Assembly (NCBI GenBank): GCA_963795825.1
Contig: CAWCIW010000002.1
Span: 164,799 to 228,798 of the forward strand
Reading direction: 5' to 3'
Length of the DNA stretch: 64,000 nucleotides
Origin: an uncultured Alphaproteobacteria bacterium
GTDB lineage: Bacteria > Pseudomonadota > Alphaproteobacteria > Acetobacterales > Acetobacteraceae
Shown here: positions 29,668-39,596 of the stretch, piece by piece
Numbering within the stretch: position 1 is the stretch's first letter
How the letters are laid out: each line of letters begins with the position of its first letter
The notes under the pieces: generated by a model
The model's input: the letters and a program-made list of their open reading frames with translations, nothing else
Told to the model about the DNA's origin: nothing
Databases searched by the model: none
Program-made: the position numbers and the translations under genes

Positions 29668-30690
29668 TCAAATGCCGTCCGAACGCCTGGCCTCGATCAC
29701 ATTCCATATCTCGCCCGCCAAATTCGTGCCGTCGTATCGCGCGATCTCCTGCAAACCTGTAGGCGAGGTCACGTTTATTTCCGTCAGCCAATCGCCGATC
29801 ACGTCGATCCCGACGAAGATCAGACCCTGGTCGCGCAGCGTCGGCCCGATACGTTCGCAGATTTCCCGGTCGCGCGCCGTGAGCAGGCTGCTTTCCGCCC
29901 GGCCACCCACATGCATGTTCGATCGCGCCTCACCGGCCGCCGGCACCCGGTTGATCGCGCCGGCCGGCTTGCCGTCGATCAGGATGATGCGCTTGTCGCC
30001 GAGCCGCACGGCCGGTTCGTAGCGCTGCACCATCAGCGGCTCGCGGGAACGCGCGAAATGCATCTCGAGCAGGGAGGCCAGGTTTTCATCGTCCTCCCTG
30101 ATGCGGAACACGCCGGCGCCGCCATTGCCGAATAGCGGCTTGACGATGATGTCGCGGTATTCGGTCCGGAAGCTCCGTATCGCGTCGTGGTCCCAGGTGA
30201 TCAGCGTGGGTGGCATCAGGTCCGGAAAATGCGTGACCAGCAGTTTTTCCGGCGCGTTGCGCACGCTAGCCGGATCGTTGACGACAAGGGTGCCGGCGCC
30301 GCCACCCGGCCTGGCCACGATGTGTTCGAGCATATGCGTGGCGGTGATGTAGGCCATGTCGAAAGGCGGATCCTGCCGCATCAGGATGACGTCCATGGTG
30401 GCCAGGTCGAGCGTCTCGGCAGGGCCGAAGCTGTGGTGCTGCCCCGAAACGCGTTGCACGCGCACCGGGCGGGCGGTAGCTGTGAGCCGTTCGGTTCTGT
30501 GCGCGCCGGCGGAGACCTTCCCCTCGCGCAGCGCCATGTTGCGCACCTCATAGTGCCAGAGCGCATGGCCTCTCGCCTGCGCCTCCAGCATGAGGGCGAA
30601 CGTGCTGTCACCGTCGATGTTGATCGGCTCGAGCGGGTCCATCTGAATGGCCACGCGCAATCCGCCACCAGCCTGCTTATCCAGAGCCAT
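29668..30690 (-). CDS. gshB: Glutathione synthetase
   Basis: [49 protein letters not shown]. Confidence 0.96.
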   Translation of the reverse strand: MALDKQAGGGLRVAIQMDPLEPINIDGDSTFALMLEAQARGHALWHYEVRNMALREGKVSAGAHRTERLTATARPVRVQRVSGQHHSFGPAETLDLATMDVILMRQDPPFDMAYITATHMLEHIVARPGGGAGTLVVNDPASVRNAPEKLLVTHFPDLMPPTLITWDHDAIRSFRTEYRDIIVKPLFGNGGAGVFRIREDDENLASLLEMHFARSREPLMVQRYEPAVRLGDKRIILIDGKPAGAINRVPAAGEARSNMHVGGRAESSLLTARDREICERIGPTLRDQGLIFVGIDVIGDWLTEINVTSPTGLQEIARYDGTNLAGEIWNVIEARRSDGI

Positions 30691-30767
30691 ACAAGCCGCC
30701 CGTTATTAGTTCCGGCCCATGTAGCAGTAAGTGCGGCCCGGACAAGGACACAAGGCCAGCGCGGGCC

Positions 30768-31115
30768 TCAGTGCAGTCGGAAGGCGTCCTTGACGCGCCG
30801 TACGCGGCTCTGCCCATCAACGAGCAGAACATCGAAGCGGACACCGGCCTGGCCCCACTCCGGATGCTCGCCCATCACGATCTCGGCGGCTTTCAACAGC
30901 CGTGTCTGCTGCTTCGTTCCGAGCGCTGCGGCGGCCATCGTCAGCGTGGGACGGGCTTTCACTTCGACAAAGGCAAGAAGCCCGGCTTTCTCGGCGATCG
31001 CGTCAATCTCGCCGGCCTTGGTGCGTACTCGGCGCCCACGTATCTCCCAGCCATCGGCAATCAAGGCCTGGCAAGCGCTTTGCTCAGCGGCAAGTCCGAT
31101 TGCAGCATTCGTCAC
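30768..31115 (-). CDS. YraN family protein
   Basis: GEIDAIA, FVEVKAR, RFDV. Confidence 0.9.
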   Translation of the reverse strand: MTNAAIGLAAEQSACQALIADGWEIRGRRVRTKAGEIDAIAEKAGLLAFVEVKARPTLTMAAAALGTKQQTRLLKAAEIVMGEHPEWGQAGVRFDVLLVDGQSRVRRVKDAFRLH

Positions 31116-31211
31116 CGCTTGGCCTCCAGAACATTTCTGTGGTTTCGCAGATAATCCCTAACTGCGCGCTAATCTGCCGCCGCTATTCGACGGCGATGCT
31201 GCGCTTCCTGC

Positions 31212-32057
31212 TCAATGGTGTGTCTCGCCCGTGACGGGATCGACGTAGTTCAGCGTGTAGTTCACCGGGTAGTCGTTGCCTTCCACGTCGGCGCCGAGGG
31301 GCGGTGGCGTGAAATCGCGGTAGAAGTTCACCCAGGCCGCGTTGAGCAGGATCGAGCCGGTCGACGTCAGCAAGTGCATCTGCGCCACGTGTCCGTCGCG
31401 GGCGATACGCAGGCTGAGCGTGGCGCTGCCCAGGTCGGCATCCTTCAAAAGTGCCTGGATGTCTTCGCGATGCGATTCCACCCAGGCCACCAGCTTGGCG
31501 TCGTAGTCGCCGCTCACCTTGGTGCCGCGCGGATGGCTGATCGAGTTGGTCAGCCTGCCGATCTGCTGCGTTGGCGCCGCCGAGAAATCCATCGTCGAGC
31601 CGGCGCGTCCGGCCACGTGCGAGTGGTGCTGATTGTTCGCCAGCTCGAACGGCACGATGTGGGCGAACGGGTTGTTGGTGCGCTGCTTCAGCGCGGAGCC
31701 GTAATGGATCGGCGGCAACTGGATCGCGTCCTGCGACGGCGCTTCGACGGGCGGCGGCGGTGCGTCGGAGTCGCCCAGATGCACTTCGGCCCGGGAGCTG
31801 GCGGGTTGCGTCTGGGTATCCGGTGCGGCGGCCTGGTATTCGACGGCGAAGCTCGGCGCGCTCTGCTCCTCGCCGAGCTTGGTGCCTGGCGACAGGAGCA
31901 GCAGATAGGTGACGAGCCCCGCATGTATGACCGCGGAGCCCACGATCTCCAGCCAGGCCTGTCGCTCGCCGGACGAGGCGCGCGGCCTGGCCTGCGCCAC
32001 CGGCACGAGCTCGAAACCTTCCGCAACCCGCTCGAAGGCGGAACGCCGCGCCCGCAT
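31212..32057 (-). CDS. TonB-like energy transducer protein
   Basis: TM segment with S..IH, Pro-rich linker, C-terminal IARDG..STGSILLNAA. Confidence 0.7.
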   Translation of the reverse strand: MRARRSAFERVAEGFELVPVAQARPRASSGERQAWLEIVGSAVIHAGLVTYLLLLSPGTKLGEEQSAPSFAVEYQAAAPDTQTQPASSRAEVHLGDSDAPPPPVEAPSQDAIQLPPIHYGSALKQRTNNPFAHIVPFELANNQHHSHVAGRAGSTMDFSAAPTQQIGRLTNSISHPRGTKVSGDYDAKLVAWVESHREDIQALLKDADLGSATLSLRIARDGHVAQMHLLTSTGSILLNAAWVNFYRDFTPPPLGADVEGNDYPVNYTLNYVDPVTGETHH

Positions 32058-32070
32058 GGTGATCAGCGTG

Positions 32071-33192
32071 TCACGGTCGGAACGGGTCGGCGGCCAGGGC
32101 CACGCCGGCGCCAGGGCCCATGCCAGCGACGATCGGACTAGCGACGATAGGACCGGCGCCGATCGCGCCGGCAGTGCTGGTGAACTCCAGTATCAGCATC
32201 CACCCCACGCCCAGTAGCACCGGCCCCAGGAAGATCCCCAGCGCACCGAACCCCAGAACGCCGCCGAGCACGCCAAGCACGGTCAGCAGGAACGGGATCT
32301 TCGCCCCGCGGGCAATGAAATACGGGCGGATGATGTGGTCGGAGCCGGATACCACCACCACACCGTAGGCCAGCAGGAAGATACCATGTCCGGTGTGGCC
32401 CGAGGCGAGCAGCCACAACCCGGCCGGTATCCAGATCAGCGGCGCGCCCACCGGCAGCACGGCCAGGAACGCGGTAATGGTCCCGAGCAGCACCACACGC
32501 GGTACGCCGGCCAGGCTGAGCCCGAACGCGGTGAGAAAGCCCTGGATGATCGCGGTCCCCAATATGCCATACACCGTGCCGCGCACCGCGCGCGTGGTGG
32601 TCGCCAGCAATTGCGGCCCGTAGCGCCCGGCGATGCGGTTGACCAGCATCTGCAGCCGCGGCCCGACCTGCTCGCCCGACACCCACAGGAAGAACGCCAC
32701 GAACAGCGCCAGGAAGAACTGCACGAGGCCGCCGGCAACGCTGAGCAGCAGCGAGAGACCGCGTTCGGCAAAGGTGCCCAGATAAGGGGTGAAGAACGCT
32801 GTCATGCTGGAGAGGTCGGCGGCCCAGGCGTTCCAGGTGTCGGTGAGCACGCCGCCGGCCAGCGGGACCGCGTAGAGCCAGTGCGGCGCCGGCGGGATCG
32901 CCGCCATCCAGGTCTCCAGCGACAGTCGCAGGGTTTTCACGTCGGCAGCACCGCCGGGAATGGCCAGTCCGAGCGGCAGCACGATCACCAGCGCTGAGAG
33001 CAGCACCATAACCGCAGCCGCTACTGCCTTTGGCAACCTGAGATTGTGCCTGATCCAGGAAAACACTGGCCAGGTCGAGTAGACCAGTATGGCCGCCCAC
33101 AGCACCGCCGACAGGAACGGATACAGCACCAGCCCGCAGCCGAGGGCGATACCGCCGATCAGCAGGCTCATCAAAAGACGGTCGGCGATCAT
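32071..33192 (-). CDS. AI-2E family transporter
   Basis: PFLSAVLWAAIL..TWP, DHIIRPYFI, GVLGG..FG..GIFLGPVLL. Confidence 0.9.
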   Translation of the reverse strand: MIADRLLMSLLIGGIALGCGLVLYPFLSAVLWAAILVYSTWPVFSWIRHNLRLPKAVAAAVMVLLSALVIVLPLGLAIPGGAADVKTLRLSLETWMAAIPPAPHWLYAVPLAGGVLTDTWNAWAADLSSMTAFFTPYLGTFAERGLSLLLSVAGGLVQFFLALFVAFFLWVSGEQVGPRLQMLVNRIAGRYGPQLLATTTRAVRGTVYGILGTAIIQGFLTAFGLSLAGVPRVVLLGTITAFLAVLPVGAPLIWIPAGLWLLASGHTGHGIFLLAYGVVVVSGSDHIIRPYFIARGAKIPFLLTVLGVLGGVLGFGALGIFLGPVLLGVGWMLILEFTSTAGAIGAGPIVASPIVAGMGPGAGVALAADPFRP

Positions 33193-33475
33193 GTGATTCC
33201 CAGCAGCGGGCGCCGGGCCCGGAGCCGCACATGGTGCGGCGACCGCAGCCGCCCTACGCGCAGCAGAAAATATGGGCAACGCGCAGCACGTGATAACAAA
33301 ACCGGTAACTTGTGTAAAAATTAGAGCAAAAGTGTAGAAAATGGGATGACGGGTGTAGCGGGGCTGTGTAAATTCGTATCAGTGAAGCAGAGTCGCCCGT
33401 CATGGCGGCGAGCATCGCGGAATTCGCACAGCCCGGCAAGAACGCCGGGCACAACAGACGGGGACTGGGCCGAGT

Positions 33476-34351
33476 ATGCGATTTACCGAGATCGGACAGC
33501 AACTGCGGGCCTACCGCCTCGAATCAGGATTACGCGCCGAAGAGATCGCCGCCCGATTGGGTGTGTCGCGCGCGGCACTCTACCGCTACGAAAAAGGCGA
33601 GGTGATCAAGCTCGACACCGTCAATCGGCTGGCAGAACTGCTGAAGATCTCGCCGCTCTCGCTGCTCGGCATCGGGGTGGAGTATTACAACCGGCCGATC
33701 GGCTTTTTCGAACGGCTCCGCCAGGTCGAAGAGACAGCCGATCAGATTTTGCAGGTCAGCTTCCCGCTGACATATCTCACCTCGTCGGATGAGCTCGACA
33801 CGGTGGAGGCGGAATTGTTCGCCGAAGCTGCCAACGAGGCGGGCGTGGATCGCGTGGCGGCGCGCGCCACCGCCGAGCAGGTGCTTGGCATCCTGGCCGA
33901 ACGCAAGCGGATGTATCGCATGCGGCGGCCGAGCATCATCTCCATGCTGTCGATCGGCGCGATCGGCCGGTTTCTGCAGCAGGGCGTGGGGCAGGGGCTC
34001 GCCCGATCGGACGCGCTACGGCAGCGCGCGCGCGCTGTGGCCCGCGGCGAAATGGAGAATATCGCCAACCTGATGGAAGCCGAGCCGATGGGGTTGCAGT
34101 TCGGGCTGCTGGCGGCAGGCGAGCCGTCCGGACAGTTCCAGCTCCTGCGCTCGCGGGATCGGGCCATGCTGGCGATCAACCCGTTCCGCTCGGATACCAT
34201 TCCGCATGCGCAGGCTGGCGTGGCGATGATCACCGGCGCGGAGGAGGCTGTGGCGGCGCATCAGCGCACGGCGGAGGGCATGTGGCGCGAGGCGGTGCGT
34301 GGGCCGGCGGCGGCGGCGCAGTTGCGGGAAATCATCGCCGGCTACAAGTGA
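33476..34351 (+). CDS. XRE-family HTH transcriptional regulator with long C-terminal domain
   Basis: IGQQLRAYR...EIAARLGVSRAALYRYEKG. Confidence 0.87.
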   Translation: MRFTEIGQQLRAYRLESGLRAEEIAARLGVSRAALYRYEKGEVIKLDTVNRLAELLKISPLSLLGIGVEYYNRPIGFFERLRQVEETADQILQVSFPLTYLTSSDELDTVEAELFAEAANEAGVDRVAARATAEQVLGILAERKRMYRMRRPSIISMLSIGAIGRFLQQGVGQGLARSDALRQRARAVARGEMENIANLMEAEPMGLQFGLLAAGEPSGQFQLLRSRDRAMLAINPFRSDTIPHAQAGVAMITGAEEAVAAHQRTAEGMWREAVRGPAAAAQLREIIAGYK

Positions 34352-34480
34352 AAGCAAGGCCTTCTTTCTAAAGAAAAGAAGCAAAAGACTTTCGGTTCCT
34401 GTCGGGGAGTGCTGAAACGCGCGCCGACAGGGAGCAAAAGCTTTTTGCTTCTTTTTCTCGAAAAAGAAGGCCTTGCTTCC
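34352..34480. repeat. Palindromic repeat family, full element, short core
   Basis: Close homolog of 16268-16410; fills the whole gap between two convergent stop codons. Confidence 0.95.
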
Positions 34481-35506
34481 CTACGGCGTCCGCAACAACC
34501 CCTGTGCCACCAGCGTCTCCGCAATCTGCACCGCGTTCAACGCCGCGCCCTTACGCAGATTATCCGACACGCACCAGAACCCCAGACCGTTCGGCACAGT
34601 AGGATCGCGACGCAGCCGGCTCACATACACCGCATCCTCGCCCGGACAGTCCGCGGGCGTGATGTATCCGCCGTCGTCATGGCCATCCATCACCACCACG
34701 CCGGGCGCGACGCGGAGCAGGTCGCGCGCCTCGCCGACGTTGACCGGCTGCTCGAACTCCACGCTGATCGCTTCGGCATGGCCGATGAACACCGGAACGC
34801 GCACGCAGGTGGCGAAAACCTGGATGTCCGGATCGAGTATCTTGCGAGTCTCCACCGCCATCTTCCACTCCTCCTTGGTGCTGCCATCATCGAGGAAACG
34901 GTCGATATGCGGGATGCAGTTATAGGCGATCGGTTTGGGAAACACCTCGGGCTTGACAGGATCGTTGACGAAGAACGCCTTGCTGCTGTTGAACAGCTCG
35001 TCCATCCCTTCCTTGCCGGCGCCCGACACGGATTGATAGGTGGACACCACCACGCGGCGCACGCGGTAGCGGTCGTGCAGCGGCTTGAGCGCCACCACCA
35101 TCTGTATCGTGCTGCAATTCGGGTTGGCGATGATGCGCCGCTTCGTGTGTCGCAGAAGCGCCTGCGGGTTCACCTCCGGCACCACCAGCGGCACGTCCGG
35201 CTCCATGCGGAACTGGCTGGTGTTGTCGATCACGATGCAGCCGGCGGCGGCCGCGCGCGGCGCATGTATGGCGGAGACCGCCGCACCCGGGCTGAACAGG
35301 CCGAGATCGTAGCCGGCGAAATCGAACGTGTCGGTGCTGCGGACGGTGAGCACCTGCTTCTCGCCGAAGCTGATCTGCTGGCCGGCGGACCGGGGCGAGG
35401 CCAGGGCCACGATCTCGTCGATGGGGAAGGCCCGCTCGGCGAGGGTCTTGATGATCTCGCGGCCTACCGCGCCTGTGGCGCCTACCACGGCTACTTTGTA
35501 ACCCAT
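34481..35506 (-). CDS. asd: Aspartate-semialdehyde dehydrogenase
   Basis: VAVVGATGAVG, IIANPNCSTIQ, TYQSVSGAG, TCVRVPV, DNLRKGAALN. Confidence 0.97.
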   Translation of the reverse strand: MGYKVAVVGATGAVGREIIKTLAERAFPIDEIVALASPRSAGQQISFGEKQVLTVRSTDTFDFAGYDLGLFSPGAAVSAIHAPRAAAAGCIVIDNTSQFRMEPDVPLVVPEVNPQALLRHTKRRIIANPNCSTIQMVVALKPLHDRYRVRRVVVSTYQSVSGAGKEGMDELFNSSKAFFVNDPVKPEVFPKPIAYNCIPHIDRFLDDGSTKEEWKMAVETRKILDPDIQVFATCVRVPVFIGHAEAISVEFEQPVNVGEARDLLRVAPGVVVMDGHDDGGYITPADCPGEDAVYVSRLRRDPTVPNGLGFWCVSDNLRKGAALNAVQIAETLVAQGLLRTP

Positions 35507-35548
35507 GTTTTCGTCTCCGGAGTGGCGAGGGTTTAAGGCAGAGGGGGG

Positions 35549-35609
35549 AAGGCAAGGCAAGGCAAGCAGTCCTTTTTTAAAAAAAGGACTGCTTCCTTGT
35601 CTTACTTAC
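35549..35609. repeat. Palindromic repeat family, collapsed minimal element
   Basis: AAGGCAAGGCAAGGCAAGCAGTCCTTTTTTAAAAAAAGGACTGCTTCCTTGTCTTACTTAC. Confidence 0.9.
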
Positions 35610-35635
35610 GGTCGCTTCGCGCTAAACCCTCCCGC

Positions 35636-36457
35636 ATGTTTACCATCCCCCAGGCCTGCGAGTTAGACCTCCTCCTGCGCGCCGCCGCGCGAACCGAGAT
35701 CATGCCGCGTTTCCGCAAGCTGTCCGCCGACGCCGTGCGCACCAAAAGCGGCCCGCTCGATCTCGTCACCGACGCCGATATCGCCGCCGAGGCAATGATC
35801 ACCCGCGGGCTGCACCGCCTGCATCCCGGCTGTCTGGTGGTGGGCGAGGAGGCGGCCGCGTCCGACCCCAGCCTGCTCGGGCAGCTGGCCGGCGCGGCGC
35901 TCGCGTTTACCGTCGATCCGGTGGACGGCACCTCGAACTTTGCCGCCGGGCTGCCGATGTTCGGCACGATGGCCGCGGCGATCGTGCACGGCGAAGTGGT
36001 GGCCAGCGTGGTTCACGATCCGCTGGTGGACAGTTCGGCGATCGCGGTGCGCGGCGCGGGCGCCTGGGAGCAGGCGGCAGACGGTTCGCGCACGCCGTTG
36101 CGGGTGGCGCCGGCGGCTCCGCTCGGGAAGATGTCCGGCGCGGTATCCTGGCGCTATCTGCCGCCGGATCTGCGCACGCGTGTGCTGCCGAACCTCGGTA
36201 AACTGGCGCAGGTTTTCGATTTCCGCTGTGCCGCGCAGGAATATCGCATGCTGGCGGCCGGGCATTGCCACCTGCTGATGTTCAACCGGCTGATGCCTTG
36301 GGACCATCTGCCGGGCTGGCTGCTGCATCGCGAAGCGGGCGGGTATGCGGCGCGTTTCGATGGCAGCTTGTATGTGCCGGGCATGGTGGATGGGGGGCTG
36401 ATCTGCGCGCCGGACCGCGCGAGTTACGAGGCGGTGCGGGCGGGGTTGCTGGGGTGA
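35636..36457 (+). CDS. Inositol monophosphatase family protein
   Basis: DLVTDAD, GEE, DPVDGTSNF, PWD. Confidence 0.92.
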   Translation: MFTIPQACELDLLLRAAARTEIMPRFRKLSADAVRTKSGPLDLVTDADIAAEAMITRGLHRLHPGCLVVGEEAAASDPSLLGQLAGAALAFTVDPVDGTSNFAAGLPMFGTMAAAIVHGEVVASVVHDPLVDSSAIAVRGAGAWEQAADGSRTPLRVAPAAPLGKMSGAVSWRYLPPDLRTRVLPNLGKLAQVFDFRCAAQEYRMLAAGHCHLLMFNRLMPWDHLPGWLLHREAGGYAARFDGSLYVPGMVDGGLICAPDRASYEAVRAGLLG

Positions 36458-36464
36458 GATAGCA

Positions 36465-36640
36465 GCAAGCAGAGCCTTTTTCGAGAAAAAGGACCAAAAA
36501 GCTTTTGCTATGACGCCTGCCCTATGGTCTGGCGCTCGATCTGCAGGCGATACGACCTGCAGGACGAGCGTAGGCTGCGATGCAGGCGTCGGAGCAAAAG
36601 CTTTTTGGTCCTTTTTCTCGAAAAAGGACTGCTTTCTTAC
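36465..36640. repeat. Palindromic repeat family, full element, long core
   Basis: Inverted arms; GACGCCTGC...GCAGGCGTC; inner CTGCAGG...CCTGCAG. Confidence 0.95.
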
Positions 36641-36662
36641 GCCCCTTCCTTCAGCCGCGCCC

Positions 36663-37106
36663 TCACCCCTCCACCCGCTGCCGCGCGCTGGCGAACGCCC
36701 CCAGCGGCGCACGTGAGGCAGCGAAACTCGCCAGCCCGATGCCAGGCACCCCGGAGTAGATCGCCTCCATCCCGCCGCGCAGCCGGTAGGTCTCGTGCCA
36801 GATGCCGTTGCCGTCGGCCGCGCGCGCGAAATCGCGCCACCAGGCCTTGTGTTGCGGCGCGCGGGTGAAGCGCTCCAGGCTGTCGAAATCGCGCCAGTAT
36901 TGCCGGAAGCCGGGATGCAGCAGGCTGTAGAACATCGTCTCGTGCGAGAGCAGGCCGTCGGGCGGGTTGCGCTGCACCTCCGCCAGGCCGCGGCCGATGC
37001 GCAGCAGTCCGGGTATGCCCCGCCAGTTGTTCACCCGGTAGCCGAGATAGATCACCACCAGGTCCGGCGTGGCGGACAGATCGATCGACAGGCGTTCGTA
37101 GCTCAT
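36663..37106 (-). CDS. DUF4188 / aldoxime dehydratase-like protein
   Basis: LVVIYLG, RQYWRDFDSLERF, HKAWW, GIWHETY, MEAIY. Confidence 0.8.
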   Translation of the reverse strand: MSYERLSIDLSATPDLVVIYLGYRVNNWRGIPGLLRIGRGLAEVQRNPPDGLLSHETMFYSLLHPGFRQYWRDFDSLERFTRAPQHKAWWRDFARAADGNGIWHETYRLRGGMEAIYSGVPGIGLASFAASRAPLGAFASARQRVEG

Positions 37107-37248
37107 GGTGCGGCTCCTGCGGACGCGCGGAAGGGGACGGCACGGCGGTGGAGCGCCCCGGCGGCGCGGCCGTCGGGCGCAGTTTTTAGGCGTCTGCCGC
37201 GTTGCATTGGTCGGCTCCTCGACGGTGGGTTGGCCAGAAAGCGGCGCG

Positions 37249-37291
37249 TGTTTACAGTGCAAACATAGGAGACTTGTTTACCGTGTCAACA
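37249..37291. promoter_or_regulatory. Two tandem imperfect palindromes, candidate TetR operators
   Basis: TGTTTACAGTGCAAACA (37249-37265) and TGTTTACCGTGTCAACA (37275-37291) at the start of the tetR gene. Confidence 0.65.
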
Positions 37292-37867
37292 TCGCCCGCG
37301 CGGCCGTATCATCACGCCGATCTCCGGACGGCGCTGCTCGACACCGCGCTGGAGCTGCTGGCCGAGGGCGGGGCGGAGGCGTTGTCGCTACGTGGCGTGG
37401 CAAGGCGGGCCGGCGTGTCGCCGATGGCGCCGTACCGGCATTATCCCGACAAGGAGCATCTGCTGGCCGCGGTTGCGGCGCGGGGGTTCGCGGCGTTCGG
37501 CGCGGCGCTGCGGCTGGCGGATAGTAGCGTGCCGCCGGACCAGGCGCTGGTGGCGCAGGCGGTCGCGTATGTCCGCTTCGCGCTGGATAATGCGGCGATG
37601 TTCCGGCTGATGTTCGGGTCGCAGCGGCAGGGTCCGCACGAGGAGCTCGCGGCGGCCGGGGACAATGCCTATGGCGTGCTGGCCCGCCGCGTGGCGGCGC
37701 AGACGCCGGAGGGCACCGATATCGAGGCGCGCGTGCTGGGCTGCTGGTCGTTGGTGCACGGGCTGGCGCTGCTGTTCTTGGATGCTGGCCTGGCCGGCAA
37801 GATCGCCGGGCAGCGCGACGAACTTGCGCGAAGGGTGGCGGAGGTGATGTTGCAGTCAGGCAAGTAA
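37283..37867 (+). CDS. TetR/AcrR family regulator (WHG-type C-terminus)
   Basis: YHHADLRTALL, LSLRGVARRAGVS..APYRHY, WSLVHGLA. Confidence 0.93.
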   Translation: MSTSPARPYHHADLRTALLDTALELLAEGGAEALSLRGVARRAGVSPMAPYRHYPDKEHLLAAVAARGFAAFGAALRLADSSVPPDQALVAQAVAYVRFALDNAAMFRLMFGSQRQGPHEELAAAGDNAYGVLARRVAAQTPEGTDIEARVLGCWSLVHGLALLFLDAGLAGKIAGQRDELARRVAEVMLQSGK

Positions 37868-38036
37868 GGAAGGCCTTCTTTTTTGAAAAAAAGAAGCAAA
37901 AAACTTTTGACTCCCGCCTGCACCCAGGCCAGCGTTCCCTGTGCCAGTCTCACACTTGCAGACAGAGACGAGCCCTCGTGCAAGCGGGGGAGCAAAAGTT
38001 TGTTGGTCCTTTTTTTCAAAAAAGGACTGCTTGCTT
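37860..38036. repeat. Palindromic repeat family, full element
   Basis: CAAGTAAGGAAGGCC left tail contains the tetR stop; CCCGCCTGCAC...GTGCAAGCGGG. Confidence 0.95.
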
Positions 38037-38040
38037 TTTT

Positions 38041-39487
38041 TTACACCGCCTCCCCGATCCCCACATATAAATTCTCCAAAGCATCAGCCGCCAGCACGCA
38101 AGTGAGCTCCGGCTGCAGCCGGAAACACCGCACCACCTGGCTCGCCTGCTCGCAGATGAACCGCGGCTGGAACGCCGCCAGCGCATGGCGCCCGCCGCGC
38201 GTGAGCTGCTCCACCACAAAGGCAAACGCGTCGTCGCGCAGATAAAGCCCGCACGCTGCCGCCGCGCGTTCGAAGATCTGCCGGTATTCGAAAAGGTCCG
38301 GCCCGAGCATCTGTATCTTGTAGGGGATGCGGCGCAGGAACGCCGGGTCCATCAGGTCCGACGGCTCGAGATTGGTGGAGAAGATCACCAGCTCGTCAAA
38401 CGGCAGGCGGAAGGTCAGCCCGGTGTTCAGCTTCAGGTGGTCCATGCGGTTTTCCAGCGGCACGATCCAGCGATTCAGCAGGTCGGTCGGGTTCACCTTC
38501 TGGCGGCCGAAATCGTCTATCAGGAACACGCCGTTCAGCGCCTTCATGTGCAGCGGCGCGTCGTAGGTTTTGGTGGCGGCGTCCCAGCGCAGGTCCAGCA
38601 TGTCGAGCGTCATCTCGCCGCCGGCCATGGCCACGGGCCGGCGGCAGGCCACCCATCGTCCGTCGAACGCCTCTATCTGCACGCTGCCGTTGGGCGAAGG
38701 GGTATCGCCGCCGGCTTCCATGAACGGGACGTGCAGGCTGGGATCGTGCATGCGGATGATCTGGCCGCTCACCTCGATGGCGTAGGGGATAAACACCGCA
38801 TCGGTGAACAACTGGGCGATGCGGGTGCCCAGGCTGGTCTTGCCGTTGCCGGGCGGGCCATAGAGCAACACGGTGCGGCCCGCGCTGACCGCCGGCACCA
38901 GACGGTGGATCGTCTGGTCCGACAGCACCATGCCGGCGAAGGCTGCGCGCAGCGTGGCCGCGTCGAGTATCTCGTTGGTGATGAGCTGTTTGCTCACCTG
39001 GGCCTGGAACGCGGCCAGGCTGACCGGCGCCGGGCCCATATACTGGGTACTTCTCCATCGCCTCGCCGGCGGCGATGCGGCCGTTATCGCTCAGCGCGTA
39101 ACGGATATAGCGCACGATGCCGCTGTTGATGGAGCCCAGCACGTGGACCAGCTTCTGGGCGATCGCCTCGTCGACGAGCTCCTGGACCACGGAATGCGCG
39201 AGATGGATGCGATGGGCGAGTTCCGGCACCGTCTCGCACGACGCCACGCGCATGAACTTCAGCACCATGCCGAGCAGCAGGCCGCGGTTGACACCGGTCT
39301 CCGCCACGCTGCGGGGCATCACCGGTGTTTCGTCCATCACCGCGAAGAGCTGTTCGGTCGTCATCAGGCCGAGCGCGATCAGGTTGTCGCCGAGGCGGCC
39401 GCCTTCCGAGCGCTGGCGTTCGATGGCGGTGTCGATGTCTGTGCTGCGGACGAGGCCGCGCATGAGGAGGACGTCGCTTAGCCGCAT
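38041..39487 (-). CDS. AAA-type ATPase with N-terminal MshEN-like domain (+1 indel near 39045)
   Basis: N-terminal RLSDVLLMRGLV / RLGDNLIALGLM; YMGPAPVSL, GPPGNGKT, LIDDFGRQ, FSTN, AFLRRIPYKI. Confidence 0.82.
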
Positions 39488-39596
39488 GGCATCACCCTGG
39501 GTTGAAAACTTTCCATGGGTGAAACGTTAACGCGTATTGCGATCACGGAAAAGAGATTTCGGTCCCGTTCTAGAAAAATGTTATCGTCGGCGGCTT

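Noticed and set aside
34352-34480. Elements as simple Rho-independent terminators
   Set aside because: Stems are A/U-rich, and copies also lie between divergent genes (648, 35549, 47104) and inside operons. Termination may occur at some copies but does not explain the family.
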